A stretch of 64,000 nt of DNA from Candidatus Saccharimonadota bacterium. GTDB taxonomy: Bacteria; Patescibacteriota; Saccharimonadia; Saccharimonadales; JACDBH01. Each line of letters begins with the position of its first letter. The first letter of the stretch is position 1. The DNA lies in contig JAQGGW010000003.1 of NCBI GenBank assembly GCA_028289135.1, positions 2,015-66,014 on the forward strand. The letters are read 5' to 3'. Made by a program: the position numbers and the translations under genes. Shown piece after piece: positions 19,065-29,147 of this stretch. The notes beneath the pieces were generated by a model. It was not told where the DNA came from. It made no database searches and was given only the letters and a program-made list of their open reading frames with translations.

Positions 19065-19067
19065 CAT

Positions 19068-20651
19068 ATGAGTACTAAAGCTAAAAAATCTACAACGCGG
19101 TCAACGCACGCTAAAACCATCGCCGCCATCAAGCGCAACCGCACGCGGCGCCTGGCTTCTTTGATTACCCGGTCGTATTATCTCCATAAGAAAAAACAAG
19201 ACGAACAGCTTTATGGCCTGATATGTGAAGAGTTTATGTCCCTTGGCGGCGTCTATGTAAAGTTTCTCCAGGGCGTCCTGCTCCGCTCGCAAATTATGCG
19301 CAAATGGCACAATCCAGAAAAGCTGAATATTTTTGAAAACCTCGACAGCGAACCGATCGACATTATGAAGTTTTTGCAAAACGAACTGCCAAAAGATAAG
19401 CTTTCACAAATTGCCATGATCCAGCCTATGCCTTTTGCCGCCGGAAGTTTTGGCCAGGTTTATTACGGCCAGCTGCGGACCGGCGAACCAATTATCGTAA
19501 AGGTGCTTAGGCCAATGGTTCGCGAGCTGCTTAAATATGACCTAAAGCTGCTCACAACGTTTTCAAAAACCTTTATGGTTAAGCTTAATAAAAACATGAA
19601 CATGCAGATTGGTGACGCGCTTAAAGACTTTAGTGCTGCGACCCTGCGCGAGACCGACTACAAACACGAAGCCGAGTTTGCTAACGAGCTGCATGAAGCC
19701 TACAAAGGCCACAACACGATTGTTATCCCAAAGACTTATCTAGATTTATGCACAAACAATATTATCGTCCAGGATTATGTTGATGGCATTTCGGTGGCGC
19801 AAATTATACGCATGCACGAACAAGGTGTTGACCCGGCCGTATACGTCAAAGAACAGCTTGGCTCCGACCTGATCACGCAGCTGCAAAATTTGGGGTATGA
19901 ATCAGTAATGTCAGTATTTAGGCTTCGCCGCATCCAGGGCGACCCGCATCCTGGCAACATACGCTTGATGCGCAACAACAAAGTCGGCATGATTGATTTT
20001 GGCATTAGCGCCCAGGCGCCAGAGGACAAAAGCGGATTGTTCGGCCTGTTCGAAAGTTATGACAAAGTCTTTAAAGGGTCTCAAACAGCAATTGGCCTGT
20101 TCGAACACAGCATGCGGTTTTTTGTGAGCGACCTATACCGTTCATTAAAACGCCTCGGCGACTACATCGGCAAAAACGACGACCGTGATTATGTAAAAGA
20201 CGTAAGTAAAATTGCCGGTGACGTTTTCCAGCAGGCAACCGGCAGCGACATTATTAATGCCGATTTTAAAAACGACTCAAGCGTGCTGGTGATTATTAAC
20301 AAAATGGTCAACAAGGGCAACCGTTTTGGCCTGGTCATGAAGCTTGAGGCCACTGAAATTTTGCGTGCCACCCAGACGTTTACGTCTATGCTCGGCAGCC
20401 TAGGCCTCTACGCAAAAGTTATGCCTTCGGTAATAGATCATTCCGTCAAAGACATCCGCCGGCTATACCCCGAAGTTATCCAAGACAGCAAAGAAACCGT
20501 TAGTATTGGCGACGCGATCGAAACTGTGGCCAACTGGCTAGAGCGTGTTGCCGCCCGCGACCCGATGCTTTTTAGGCAGCTTTCTGATAAAATTCGTTTT
20601 AATAAGGTTGTCCCCGCAGTGGAACCAGAAGAGGAAGTTCAAACATCATGA
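19068..20651 (+). CDS. AarF/ABC1/UbiB-family atypical kinase
   Basis: GGVYVKFLQ (KxGQ-like), FAAGSFGQVY, VKVLRP, ETDY..EA, DPHPGN, DFG. Confidence 0.9.
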   Translation: MSTKAKKSTTRSTHAKTIAAIKRNRTRRLASLITRSYYLHKKKQDEQLYGLICEEFMSLGGVYVKFLQGVLLRSQIMRKWHNPEKLNIFENLDSEPIDIMKFLQNELPKDKLSQIAMIQPMPFAAGSFGQVYYGQLRTGEPIIVKVLRPMVRELLKYDLKLLTTFSKTFMVKLNKNMNMQIGDALKDFSAATLRETDYKHEAEFANELHEAYKGHNTIVIPKTYLDLCTNNIIVQDYVDGISVAQIIRMHEQGVDPAVYVKEQLGSDLITQLQNLGYESVMSVFRLRRIQGDPHPGNIRLMRNNKVGMIDFGISAQAPEDKSGLFGLFESYDKVFKGSQTAIGLFEHSMRFFVSDLYRSLKRLGDYIGKNDDRDYVKDVSKIAGDVFQQATGSDIINADFKNDSSVLVIINKMVNKGNRFGLVMKLEATEILRATQTFTSMLGSLGLYAKVMPSVIDHSVKDIRRLYPEVIQDSKETVSIGDAIETVANWLERVAARDPMLFRQLSDKIRFNKVVPAVEPEEEVQTS

Positions 20652-20833
20652 AAGACTTTTTACTATTTATTAAATACCCGTACACCGCAGGAGTCATTGG
20701 CATTATTTGGCTTGGCAGCGCCGGTCTACTAGCCATAGATAGCCACCTGCCGCTGGTGCGCGTGGTGATTATAAATATGTTTATGAGCGTTATTATTGCT
20801 GGCTTTGGTTTCCGCGGCAAAAGCGAACTATAG
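20648..20833 (+). CDS. 61-aa two-TM protein
   Basis: ATGA overlap with the kinase; two hydrophobic helices. Confidence 0.7.
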   Translation: MKDFLLFIKYPYTAGVIGIIWLGSAGLLAIDSHLPLVRVVIINMFMSVIIAGFGFRGKSEL

Positions 20834-20844
20834 ACACTTCTTGG

Positions 20845-20963
20845 GCCGACCTAAGCATATTCCATCTGAATGACACTCTCTACGGGGAGCCTAAGGGCTC
20901 GCCCGTGGCGTTTGGCTGGCCGAAGCGGCCACAGTCACCCAGACGAAATATGCTTAGGTCGGC
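20845..20963. repeat. Intergenic palindromic element or structured RNA
   Basis: Perfect 17-bp arms gccgacctaagcatatt/aatatgcttaggtcggc with internal hairpins. Confidence 0.7.
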
Positions 20964-21012
20964 GCGAACGTGTTTTTTAAGCCAACGTGACTCGCCTGCA
21001 TCTAAGTTTTAG

Positions 21013-21810
21013 CTAAATAATAATTCGGATTTGTTCGATTGATTTTGCGCGGTTTGTTTCGGGGTTGGTTTCGACTAAAACGGCATTAAACTGCATGGCG
21101 CCTTCTGTTTCCAGCACGTTACGGGTTTGGATCCCGTCGCGCCAGCGGGGAAGTACGCTTTCAAACTTTACTCCCAAGGAACTGTCCAAAGAGCCTACCA
21201 TGCCGACATCGGTTATGTGAGCCGTGCCGCCTTTTAACACCCGCGCATCGGCCGTTGGCACATGCCAATGATCGCCAATAACGGCCGTAACGCGGCCGTC
21301 CAGATAGTGGCCAATTACCACTTTTTCGCTGCTAAAATCACCATGAAAATTAACAATAACAGTGGTAAAGTCGCTTATGCTTAACATGTTAAGTATGCCG
21401 TCAACAGAGGCAAGGGGATTGTCGGTTGGCTTGTCAGCGTCTTTGCCTACAATACTGCCCAGCAGGCTGATGAGCAACACTTTGCCCTGGCTAGTTTCGG
21501 CAATCTTGTAGCGCTTCCCTGCTGTGCCGTCTGGATAGTTTGCCGGTCGTGTTACGGCGTGTTCCTCGCCCTCAAGCAGCTCATGGGTTTCGTCCAAGTG
21601 CATTGTCCAGTTGCCGCCGGTGAAGGCCTGCACCCCTGCCCTTTTGAGCCTTTCGTAATCAGCAACAGTTAGGCCTTTGCCTTCCGAAACATTCTCGGCC
21701 TGGGCAATAACAAAATCTACATCTTTTTCATTAACAAGTCCGGGCAAAACTTTTTCAACTGTTTCGATCCCTGCTTCGCCCATTACGTCGCCAATATATA
21801 AAATTCTCAT
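21013..21810 (-). CDS. ymdB: YmdB-family metallophosphoesterase
   Basis: IGDVMG, AEN, GGN, RPANYP, FHG..SEK, HWHVPTAD, TDVGMVG; downstream of rny. Confidence 0.88.
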   Translation of the reverse strand: MRILYIGDVMGEAGIETVEKVLPGLVNEKDVDFVIAQAENVSEGKGLTVADYERLKRAGVQAFTGGNWTMHLDETHELLEGEEHAVTRPANYPDGTAGKRYKIAETSQGKVLLISLLGSIVGKDADKPTDNPLASVDGILNMLSISDFTTVIVNFHGDFSSEKVVIGHYLDGRVTAVIGDHWHVPTADARVLKGGTAHITDVGMVGSLDSSLGVKFESVLPRWRDGIQTRNVLETEGAMQFNAVLVETNPETNRAKSIEQIRIII

Positions 21811-22409
21811 GCATTCAACCTATCTTTAAAATATTTTGGCAGCGGTATATCAAACTTCACTTCCGGCAGATCACCAACGGAATCACTGTCTTTCATGCCC
21901 TTATACTGGTCCATATATACTATATCTACACTGCCAAACTTTGCATCAACCCAATCAAGTCCAAGTATTTTTGCAACTGCTTGGATCGATGCTTCATCCG
22001 CGCCTTCGATTTCCATATACGGGTTTAGCCATGGCCACTCATCTAATACAACTTCGACATTATTTATTATCCAAGTTTCCCGTTTTGACTCCTGATAACT
22101 AAAATCAATAAGCCCAATAGCTTTAAAGATTGCGATCATATTGTCATAAGAGCCAACGGTCGTTTCTATTTCGCCCACGTAATTAGTTTTGTTTTTTGCT
22201 TTGAAAGTAACCGTAAATTTGTCGCCCTCATCGCGTACACGTAACCGTTTAGGATGGCCATTATTTTGAAAACGCCCATCGGGAAAATCAAAATGCACCC
22301 GGCGCATTATACGCATTGGATGTTCGCAAATAGCGCCAGCTTCTTTAAGCATGGCTCGCATTGCCTCGTGATTTGTATTTAAAAATTTGGCTTCAATTTC
22401 TTGCTGCAT
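21807..22409 (-). CDS. CYTH-domain protein
   Basis: EIEAK, LRVR, EIE, YMEIE; start at MQQEIE. Confidence 0.85.
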   Translation of the reverse strand: MQQEIEAKFLNTNHEAMRAMLKEAGAICEHPMRIMRRVHFDFPDGRFQNNGHPKRLRVRDEGDKFTVTFKAKNKTNYVGEIETTVGSYDNMIAIFKAIGLIDFSYQESKRETWIINNVEVVLDEWPWLNPYMEIEGADEASIQAVAKILGLDWVDAKFGSVDIVYMDQYKGMKDSDSVGDLPEVKFDIPLPKYFKDRLNA

Positions 22410-22410
22410 A

Positions 22411-22941
22411 TTAAAACTCGTACTTCCAGCCCGGTTGGTGGGTAAAGTGTTTTGAGACGCAGTCAATAAGCGGCTCTTTGTTAATAATATGATCCAGCCC
22501 AAAGTGTGTTGCCCGGTGGCCGATTATCATAACCGTTTTGCCGTCAAAGTTTGCCTTTAAGTAATCTAAAAACGAGGCCATACGTTTCATACATTGGTTA
22601 TAACTCTCGCCACTCGGGAAAGGTTCGCTTAGGCGCTTTGAGCGCTCTGTCTCAACCAATTCTTTATCCTTAAGCGTAAAGTCGCCGTAATCGCATTCGC
22701 GCAGCCTATTGTCTGGATAGACTGGTAAATTATGTTGGCTAGCGGCAGGAATAGCAGTCTTAACGGCTCGCTGCAAATCAGACGTAAAGATTATCTCTAT
22801 GCCTCGGCTCTTGCAGCGCTCGACTATCTCAAGCGCATCTCTGTAACCCTTTTCCGACAGGTCAACATCATTCCAACCGCTCGCCCGTTTAGCTTCATTA
22901 TCGGCGGTCGTGGCATGCGGCTCAAACCAAATAGTTATCAT
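22411..22941 (-). CDS. Histidine phosphatase (phosphoglycerate-mutase-like)
   Basis: PHATT..N, SDLQRA, LRECDYG, GES, IGH. Confidence 0.88.
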   Translation of the reverse strand: MITIWFEPHATTADNEAKRASGWNDVDLSEKGYRDALEIVERCKSRGIEIIFTSDLQRAVKTAIPAASQHNLPVYPDNRLRECDYGDFTLKDKELVETERSKRLSEPFPSGESYNQCMKRMASFLDYLKANFDGKTVMIIGHRATHFGLDHIINKEPLIDCVSKHFTHQPGWKYEF

Positions 22942-22952
22942 TAAGCTACTTT

Positions 22953-24467
22953 CTACTTCGCGAATTCGATGGCGCGGGTTTCGCGGATGACGTTTACCTT
23001 GATGGTGCCAGGGTACTGCATAGTACTTTCGATCTTGTTGGCAATGTCACGTGCCAGCTTGATGGCGCTAAGATCATCGATGTCTTGCGGACGGACGAAT
23101 ACTCGCACTTCACGGCCGGCAGAAATTGCGTAGGCCTTTTCGATACCCGGGAAAGCTAAGGCGACGTTTTCTAGATCACGCATGCGTTCGCCAAAGTTTT
23201 CGGCCGAGATGTTGCGGGCACCTGGGCGGGACGCGCTGATTGCGTCAACAACACGGACAATCAAGGCTTCTACTGAAGTTGCTTCAACATCATCGTGGTG
23301 CTGCTCGGCGGCCAAAGCGACTTCTTCTGGAGCGCCGTATTTGCGCAACATTTCACCAGAGATGTGGTGATGCTTGCCTTCCATCTTGTGTGTCAGAGCC
23401 TTGCCAAGGTCATGTACTAATGCGGCGTATTTAGCGGTCTTAACATTCGCGCCAAGCTGCTCGGCAATGACGCCGGCGATGTGAGCCATTTCGGTGGAAT
23501 GCTTAAGCACGTTCTGACCGTAGCTGGTGCGGTATTTTAGCTCGCCAAGCAGCTGCAAAATTTCTTTCGGGATTCCAACCACGCCCACCTCACGGGCAGC
23601 GTCTTCAGCTGCGTGTAAAACTTCTTTTTGGACCTGGACTTGGGCTTTTTCAACAACTTCTTCGATTCGTCCTGGGTGAACACGGCCGTCCTTCAAAAGC
23701 ATTTCAAGTGCGATCCGGGCGGTTTCGCGGCGGATTGGGTCAAAGCTGCTTAAGATAATCATGCCCGGCGTATCGTCTACCATAATGTCGACGCCTGTCG
23801 CACGCTGGAGCGCCTGGATGTTGCGGCCTTCTTTGCCGATAATGCGTCCTTTCATTTCTTCGTCTTCAAGCTTCACGGCCGTTACGGTGCGCTCAGAAGT
23901 TACCTCGCTAGCCATGCGTTCCATAGCTTCGGTGATGATGACAGCAGCTTGGTCTTCGGCAGTTTCTTTGGCTTCGTTTTGAAGCTTGTTAATCAATCCC
24001 AGCAAGTCGCCACGGATGTCGCGCTCGGTCATTTTCATAAGTTTGTCAGCGGCTTCTTCTTTTGTCAGCTTGGCGATCTTTTCTAGCTTGTCTTGCTGTT
24101 TTGTCCGGATGGCACGGATTTCGTCTTTAAGTTCCTCGGCTTCTGCTTCAGCCTTGCGCATATTTTCGGCGCGCTTGTCGAGAGTGTCCAGCTTTTTGTC
24201 GATAGATTCTTCTCGGCCCAGTAAACGGGCTTCAATTTCTTTAACTTCGCGGCGGCGGGTTTGTTCGTCTTTGCGTGCCTGTTCCGAAATTTCGGCTGCT
24301 TCGGCGCGGGCCTTACTTAAGCGTTCTTCGGCTTCTTTTTTGGCCTTTTTTAACTCTTTTTCCGCGGCCTCTTCAACAGAGCCCATCTTCTTTTTTGTAT
24401 AAACTGTACTTCCACCAAAACCAGCACCGAGCCCGACCAATGTTAAAACAATGGTTAATGGCAACAT
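22953..24467 (-). CDS. rny: Ribonuclease Y
   Basis: TM anchor, coiled coil, KH (GRIIGKEGRNI), HD domain, SASRPGAR; GGAGGT SD. Confidence 0.96.
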   Translation of the reverse strand: MLPLTIVLTLVGLGAGFGGSTVYTKKKMGSVEEAAEKELKKAKKEAEERLSKARAEAAEISEQARKDEQTRRREVKEIEARLLGREESIDKKLDTLDKRAENMRKAEAEAEELKDEIRAIRTKQQDKLEKIAKLTKEEAADKLMKMTERDIRGDLLGLINKLQNEAKETAEDQAAVIITEAMERMASEVTSERTVTAVKLEDEEMKGRIIGKEGRNIQALQRATGVDIMVDDTPGMIILSSFDPIRRETARIALEMLLKDGRVHPGRIEEVVEKAQVQVQKEVLHAAEDAAREVGVVGIPKEILQLLGELKYRTSYGQNVLKHSTEMAHIAGVIAEQLGANVKTAKYAALVHDLGKALTHKMEGKHHHISGEMLRKYGAPEEVALAAEQHHDDVEATSVEALIVRVVDAISASRPGARNISAENFGERMRDLENVALAFPGIEKAYAISAGREVRVFVRPQDIDDLSAIKLARDIANKIESTMQYPGTIKVNVIRETRAIEFAK

Positions 24468-24662
24468 ATAACACCTCCCTACCGGCCCCAAGGTCCTGAT
24501 ATCAGGCGATCACTATCACTTCTTTAGCCTGAAAAATTTCGTCAGTAACCGATATAAAAAATTACGTTTAAGTTAGGATTTTTCCTTTTGTCTCACACAA
24601 TCCTGTATTAAATATATCACAAAACACATACAAAAATAACTTATTGAAAATATATAAAAGCT

Positions 24663-25055
24663 TTATTTTCTAGGCGTTGTAATGTTTGCATCAGCTCCAT
24701 AAAATGGCAAAACAGGAAGATGATTGTTTTTAGCCATGACTAGCTCCAGCCCATCTTTAACCCAGTGGTCGCCTTGGCTGCCAATGATAGGTATTTTTAA
24801 GCTATAACTTAGCGCGTTGGCAACGCTTATCCCAATCCTGAGGCCGGTAAAGGAACCGGGGCCTTCATAGACGACCACGCCCTCGATGTCCTGCCAGCTT
24901 TTGCCATGCTGTTTAAGCAGCGCTTGGATTTTTTTATGCAAAGTCTCTGCCAGCTGGCGGTGCGCCTCCCATTTTTCGTAGGCAATCTGTTTCTCGTCAC
25001 TGTAAATGCCAATTTCAGACTCTGGCTTGTCGGTACGGATGGTTAAGATAATCAT
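24663..25055 (-). CDS. tsaB: t6A biosynthesis protein TsaB (short form)
   Basis: GPGSFTGLRIG. Confidence 0.9.
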   Translation of the reverse strand: MIILTIRTDKPESEIGIYSDEKQIAYEKWEAHRQLAETLHKKIQALLKQHGKSWQDIEGVVVYEGPGSFTGLRIGISVANALSYSLKIPIIGSQGDHWVKDGLELVMAKNNHLPVLPFYGADANITTPRK

Positions 25056-25528
25056 GAGATATCCTTAAACAAATAATTAAACTTTTCCGGATAGTTAACA
25101 GTTATGGCTCGCGCATCTTCACTATCTGCTTTGCGCTCAATAGTTACTTCAATATGTTCGATTGGCAAAACGCCACTTACAATGTCGCCCCATTCAACCG
25201 CAATTACGGCCTTGTTGTCATTAATTACTTCACTGAGTTCGCGCGCGAGTATCCCGGCCTCTTGCAGACGATAAAAATCATAGTGATGCAATAACAACCC
25301 GTTTCGGCATGCGTATACGCGCTCAACCATAAAGGTCGGGCTGTTTACGACATCCTTTGACCCCAGGCCTTTAGCTAGGCCTTTTACAAAAGTCGTCTTG
25401 CCCCCGCCAATATCGCTTTTTAGCAAAAATATTTCACCGCCCTTACACTTCTGCCCGAGCCGCTCGGCGGCCGCGAAGGTATCGGCGGAGTTGGAAGAAT
25501 CGGTTTGCCACGTCACGTCGGTATTCAT
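25052..25528 (-). CDS. tsaE: t6A biosynthesis ATPase TsaE
   Basis: GGGKTTF, VNSPTF, HYDFYRL, VEW; start uncertain. Confidence 0.9.
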   Translation of the reverse strand: MNTDVTWQTDSSNSADTFAAAERLGQKCKGGEIFLLKSDIGGGKTTFVKGLAKGLGSKDVVNSPTFMVERVYACRNGLLLHHYDFYRLQEAGILARELSEVINDNKAVIAVEWGDIVSGVLPIEHIEVTIERKADSEDARAITVNYPEKFNYLFKDIS

Positions 25529-26837
25529 ATATGGCATATGCTACCGCGGCAGCACCCACCCCGGCAAGCACAAGCGGATGTAAAGGTGCCGCGTCATTAA
25601 GATTCGCAGCATCTGCAGACGGTGTAGTGGTGCTAGCTCCGGCAACTTTGCCTGTCGTTTTCTTGGCAGCGGCCGTCTTTTTAGCAGTTGTTGTTTTGGC
25701 GGCAGTGCTGGTTGCAGCCGGGTCAGCCGGTACAATAGCGCTTGGCAAGTTCGCCGCGTTTGGGGTTGGCGTATCGGTCCATTGCCAGCTGTCACCAATA
25801 ATGCTCCAGCTTTGGCCTTCGGGCGCGCTTTCATAGCCGGGTGTTTCACTGATGGTTGTGCCGTCCGGGCTTTGCAGCCGCGCTTGGCCTTCGGTATTTG
25901 AAAGCTGCAAGTTGGTGTCGACAATTGTAAAAGCGGTGTAGGATTTTGGCTGCAGGGTTTCTGACTTAAAGATATAGCCGCGGGAATATGACGTCCCGAC
26001 CTGGACTTGGTAGCCGGACAAGCTAAAAACGGAATCGTTTGGGTTATACAGCTCAATAAATTCATCAGTGTCGTCGCTTTGCGGTGCGGCCGGGTTTGGC
26101 AGTAGCTCAGTTATTTCTGGCGCAACTAGCCCAAGGTTGTTTGCGGCCGTGGTGTCTGGAGTTGGAGCAACGGTCGTAACTTTTTGCGGCGCGTCGGTGG
26201 CAACGGGCGCACTCGGCGTACTGCTGGCGGCAATCTGGGTTTGGAGATCACAAGCATCAGTTGCCGACGGCGTAACACTAATCCATGGGTCGTTGGTGGT
26301 TTTGCTGACACCAGCTACCCACGCTCTTTGCAAAAAGCCGCTGGTTGATGTTGGCAGTGTCTGCACTCCTGTTGGGGTCGTGACGGCGGTTTTTGACCAA
26401 GCTACGCTGTCCAATATGTTTGACGGGCCGTTTTGCGTTACCTGGACCGTCCCGGCGGTTGAGCTAAAACCAAGCGACATCGCGTTAACCATCATTTTGT
26501 AACAAATCGTCATCGCCCCGTCGCTGACCATATAGTAGTTGTGTGATGCCAGCTTGCCGCTGAGCGGGATGTAGCGGCTACTGGTCAACTTTGTACTGTT
26601 CAGGTCGTAGTAGTTATAGTAGGCCAGCTGTACGGTGCTCATGTCGATGTCGGCGCCCGTGTTGTTATAAAGCGAAACAAACTGGCCGTTGCTACTAGTG
26701 ATCTTAATTTGGCCAATCAAAATCGCCGCGCTTGGTGTGCTTTGGCTTAAAGCCCGCACGTGGCCAAACGAAAACAGTCCATAAGTGGCAATAATTGCAA
26801 CAGCTGCAAGCGATAAAACCCTTCTTAGAAATCTCAT
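25443..26837 (-). CDS. Lamin-tail-domain surface protein
   Basis: Signal peptide, two LTD-like domains (FVSLYN; EITELLPNP..DEFIELYN..TPTPNAAN), Thr/Ala linker, C-terminal TM. Confidence 0.8.
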   Translation of the reverse strand: MRFLRRVLSLAAVAIIATYGLFSFGHVRALSQSTPSAAILIGQIKITSSNGQFVSLYNNTGADIDMSTVQLAYYNYYDLNSTKLTSSRYIPLSGKLASHNYYMVSDGAMTICYKMMVNAMSLGFSSTAGTVQVTQNGPSNILDSVAWSKTAVTTPTGVQTLPTSTSGFLQRAWVAGVSKTTNDPWISVTPSATDACDLQTQIAASSTPSAPVATDAPQKVTTVAPTPDTTAANNLGLVAPEITELLPNPAAPQSDDTDEFIELYNPNDSVFSLSGYQVQVGTSYSRGYIFKSETLQPKSYTAFTIVDTNLQLSNTEGQARLQSPDGTTISETPGYESAPEGQSWSIIGDSWQWTDTPTPNAANLPSAIVPADPAATSTAAKTTTAKKTAAAKKTTGKVAGASTTTPSADAANLNDAAPLHPLVLAGVGAAAVAYAIYEYRRDVANRFFQLRRYLRGRRAARAEV

Positions 26838-26973
26838 TGATTTTTACTATACTGAGAGATTTTACAGATGCAATATTTTTGGATACTTTTTTGTTGTAGT
26901 TTTGTAAAATATATTATTTAGCATAAACGTATTGGCCGAGCTTTGTGCCGCCAAATATCGTATAATGCATAGC

Positions 26974-27498
26974 ATGTTACAGCTTGCGAATGCACTGGAT
27001 GGATTAGCGGTCATGAGCCTGCGCACTGGCGGAATGGTAGCGCGCGCCGAGCGGCCGATTATTAACCCCAATAACCTTAAGATTGAGGGCTGGTACTGCC
27101 GCGACCATTTTAGTAAAGAAGAATTGATACTGCTTATCAAAGATTTGCGCGACATTGTTCCGCAAGGTTTGGCGATAGACGACTATGAGGTCCTGAGCAA
27201 ACCGGACGAGCTAATCCGGCTTAAAGACATCTTAGATCTTGATTTCCAGCTCATCGGCAAACCAACGATGACCAACAACGGCCGCAAACTTGGCAAAGTA
27301 AGCGACTTCGCCACCGACATGACATCGTTTTTTATAAAAAAACTCTACGTAAACCAGCCGGTGTACCGCACAATCAGCGGCGGCCAGCTAAACATTGACC
27401 GGACGCAAATTGTCGAGATTACCCCCAAGCAAATTGTGGTGCGCGATGTTGACCAAAAGGTGGGTTCGCCCGTAGCCGCTTTCTTAGGCGTCAGCTAA
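26974..27498 (+). CDS. PRC-barrel domain protein
   Basis: V.SLRTG, IINP.NL, GRKLGKVSD; TATAAT upstream of ATG 26974. Confidence 0.75.
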   Translation: MLQLANALDGLAVMSLRTGGMVARAERPIINPNNLKIEGWYCRDHFSKEELILLIKDLRDIVPQGLAIDDYEVLSKPDELIRLKDILDLDFQLIGKPTMTNNGRKLGKVSDFATDMTSFFIKKLYVNQPVYRTISGGQLNIDRTQIVEITPKQIVVRDVDQKVGSPVAAFLGVS

Positions 27499-27513
27499 AA
27501 CTTATAATCCGGG

Positions 27514-28113
27514 CTACTCTTCTGATAGCACTATTTTAATGTCGTCATAACCAAAACCTTGGCGCAACAGGTATTGTTTAAGTTTCATTTCGTCATTTTT
27601 ATAGCGGCTTAGTTTACGCTTTTTCTCGATTACTTCGCGGAGCAAGGCTTGTTCTTGCTCGCTGTCTTTTGTAAGAGTCTCTGCAATGTCCTCGCGGCTA
27701 ACGCCTTTTTTCATAAGTTCATTCTGAATAGCCCGGTCGCTTTTGCCGCCGCGACGGCGCATATCAATCAGCCACTTGGCGAATGTAATGTCGCTTAAAT
27801 AGCCTCTGGCTTGGAAGTCCTCCACTAGGCCAATAATTTGTTCGGGTTCGGCTTTTTTACGGTATAAATAATCTTTTAGCTCGCGGGCTGAACGCGGCCG
27901 GTTGAGGATCCATTCCAGCGCCCTTCCCTTTAGCTTCCCATCGATGGACAATTGCTTTAAACGCTTAAGATCGGCATCATTAATTTCTTGGTTTATTTTA
28001 AGCTTTTCCGTCACAAGTTCGTTTAAACTTAAAGAAAACGAATATTTGCCGTCCACAAACAGGCTGGCCCGCTCTGGGTTTTTGACTTGTTGTTTTATGC
28101 TGGTGATCTTCAT
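27514..28113 (-). CDS. recX: RecX regulator
   Basis: RPRS..EL, GYLSD..FA, YLLRQGF; downstream of recA. Confidence 0.88.
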   Translation of the reverse strand: MKITSIKQQVKNPERASLFVDGKYSFSLSLNELVTEKLKINQEINDADLKRLKQLSIDGKLKGRALEWILNRPRSARELKDYLYRKKAEPEQIIGLVEDFQARGYLSDITFAKWLIDMRRRGGKSDRAIQNELMKKGVSREDIAETLTKDSEQEQALLREVIEKKRKLSRYKNDEMKLKQYLLRQGFGYDDIKIVLSEE

Positions 28114-28117
28114 ATAT

Positions 28118-28576
28118 CTACCTCTGAGCTAAAATAATTGCGCCCATCGCTACGAACCACGCCCCTTCCACAAACAAACCCTTCGGTGTCTCAGACCACT
28201 GTATCCATTTATGAAAACGTCCGAATGTTCCATAAACTGGCTTTTGCGCTTTAATTTTTTCGAGATATAGATGATAGTAGGCCCACATTAAGTCCGGGAT
28301 GGCTGCGGCGATCATACAGCCCCAAATTAGCCAGCGATGAGACGGAAATAAGATTCCTAAAACAATCATTATGACCACCGCAAAAATAAAGTCGCAAATG
28401 AGCATTGTCGTGAACCTTTTTCCAAATAACTTTTCGCCCGGTTTAAGGCTCCAGCCCCAATGCGGGACTGCGTCGCAAGCAAAATGGCTTAAAAAGCTTA
28501 GTGGGACGGCGAGTGCCGGCTCTTTTACAAGCAGCGCGATTACCGCCCCCGTCATGCCATGGTTTGTTCCGGTCAT
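28118..28576 (-). CDS. Membrane protein, possible metal-dependent hydrolase
   Basis: H..TGA, SHF.CDAVPH, IPD, FHKWIQ. Confidence 0.65.
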   Translation of the reverse strand: MTGTNHGMTGAVIALLVKEPALAVPLSFLSHFACDAVPHWGWSLKPGEKLFGKRFTTMLICDFIFAVVIMIVLGILFPSHRWLIWGCMIAAAIPDLMWAYYHLYLEKIKAQKPVYGTFGRFHKWIQWSETPKGLFVEGAWFVAMGAIILAQR

Positions 28577-29142
28577 AATTTTTGTTTTAAGTAGCTTATG
28601 AGTTGACTATAGTAGCTATCTCCGTGCGGTACAAGTTTGTTTACATGGGTTAATTTGCCTTGCGTAGCCTTTTCTAGGTCATCAAGCGAAATCCATTTGA
28701 CCTCAGCGACTTCACCATCGGCAAACTTGAACAGTTTATTCAAAACTAAGTTGAGCTCATAAGTAAACTGCCATTCATTTTCTATCGCGCCAGAGCCTTC
28801 ATCTGTATAGTCAGCATGAAACACAAACATAGGCGACAGGTCATTTTCTTTAACACTAAGGCCAATCTCTTCAAAAGTTTCGCGTACTGCAGCTTGTCTG
28901 GGCGTTTCGTTAAGGTCAATATGCCCAGCTGCTGAAATATCCCAGTGGCTTGGCCAGGTCCTTTTGTCGCTTGCCCTCAGCTGCAACAAAACCTCTATCG
29001 TATTGTCCTTGTGACGCCAAAGCCAGACCTGTGATGCGGCGTGCAATTTGCCTCCATACGCCTCGGCTCTTGTGAGCCCAACGCCGGCGACAGGCTTACA
29101 ATTTTCATCGTAAGCCTGCCACAGTTCTGCCGGTCCAGACAT
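28573..29142 (-). CDS. NUDIX hydrolase, IPP-isomerase-like
   Basis: LH, LLQLR..K.TWP..WD.SAAGH, RETFEEIG. Confidence 0.8.
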   Translation of the reverse strand: MSGPAELWQAYDENCKPVAGVGLTRAEAYGGKLHAASQVWLWRHKDNTIEVLLQLRASDKRTWPSHWDISAAGHIDLNETPRQAAVRETFEEIGLSVKENDLSPMFVFHADYTDEGSGAIENEWQFTYELNLVLNKLFKFADGEVAEVKWISLDDLEKATQGKLTHVNKLVPHGDSYYSQLISYLKQKL

Positions 29143-29147
29143 TTGTT

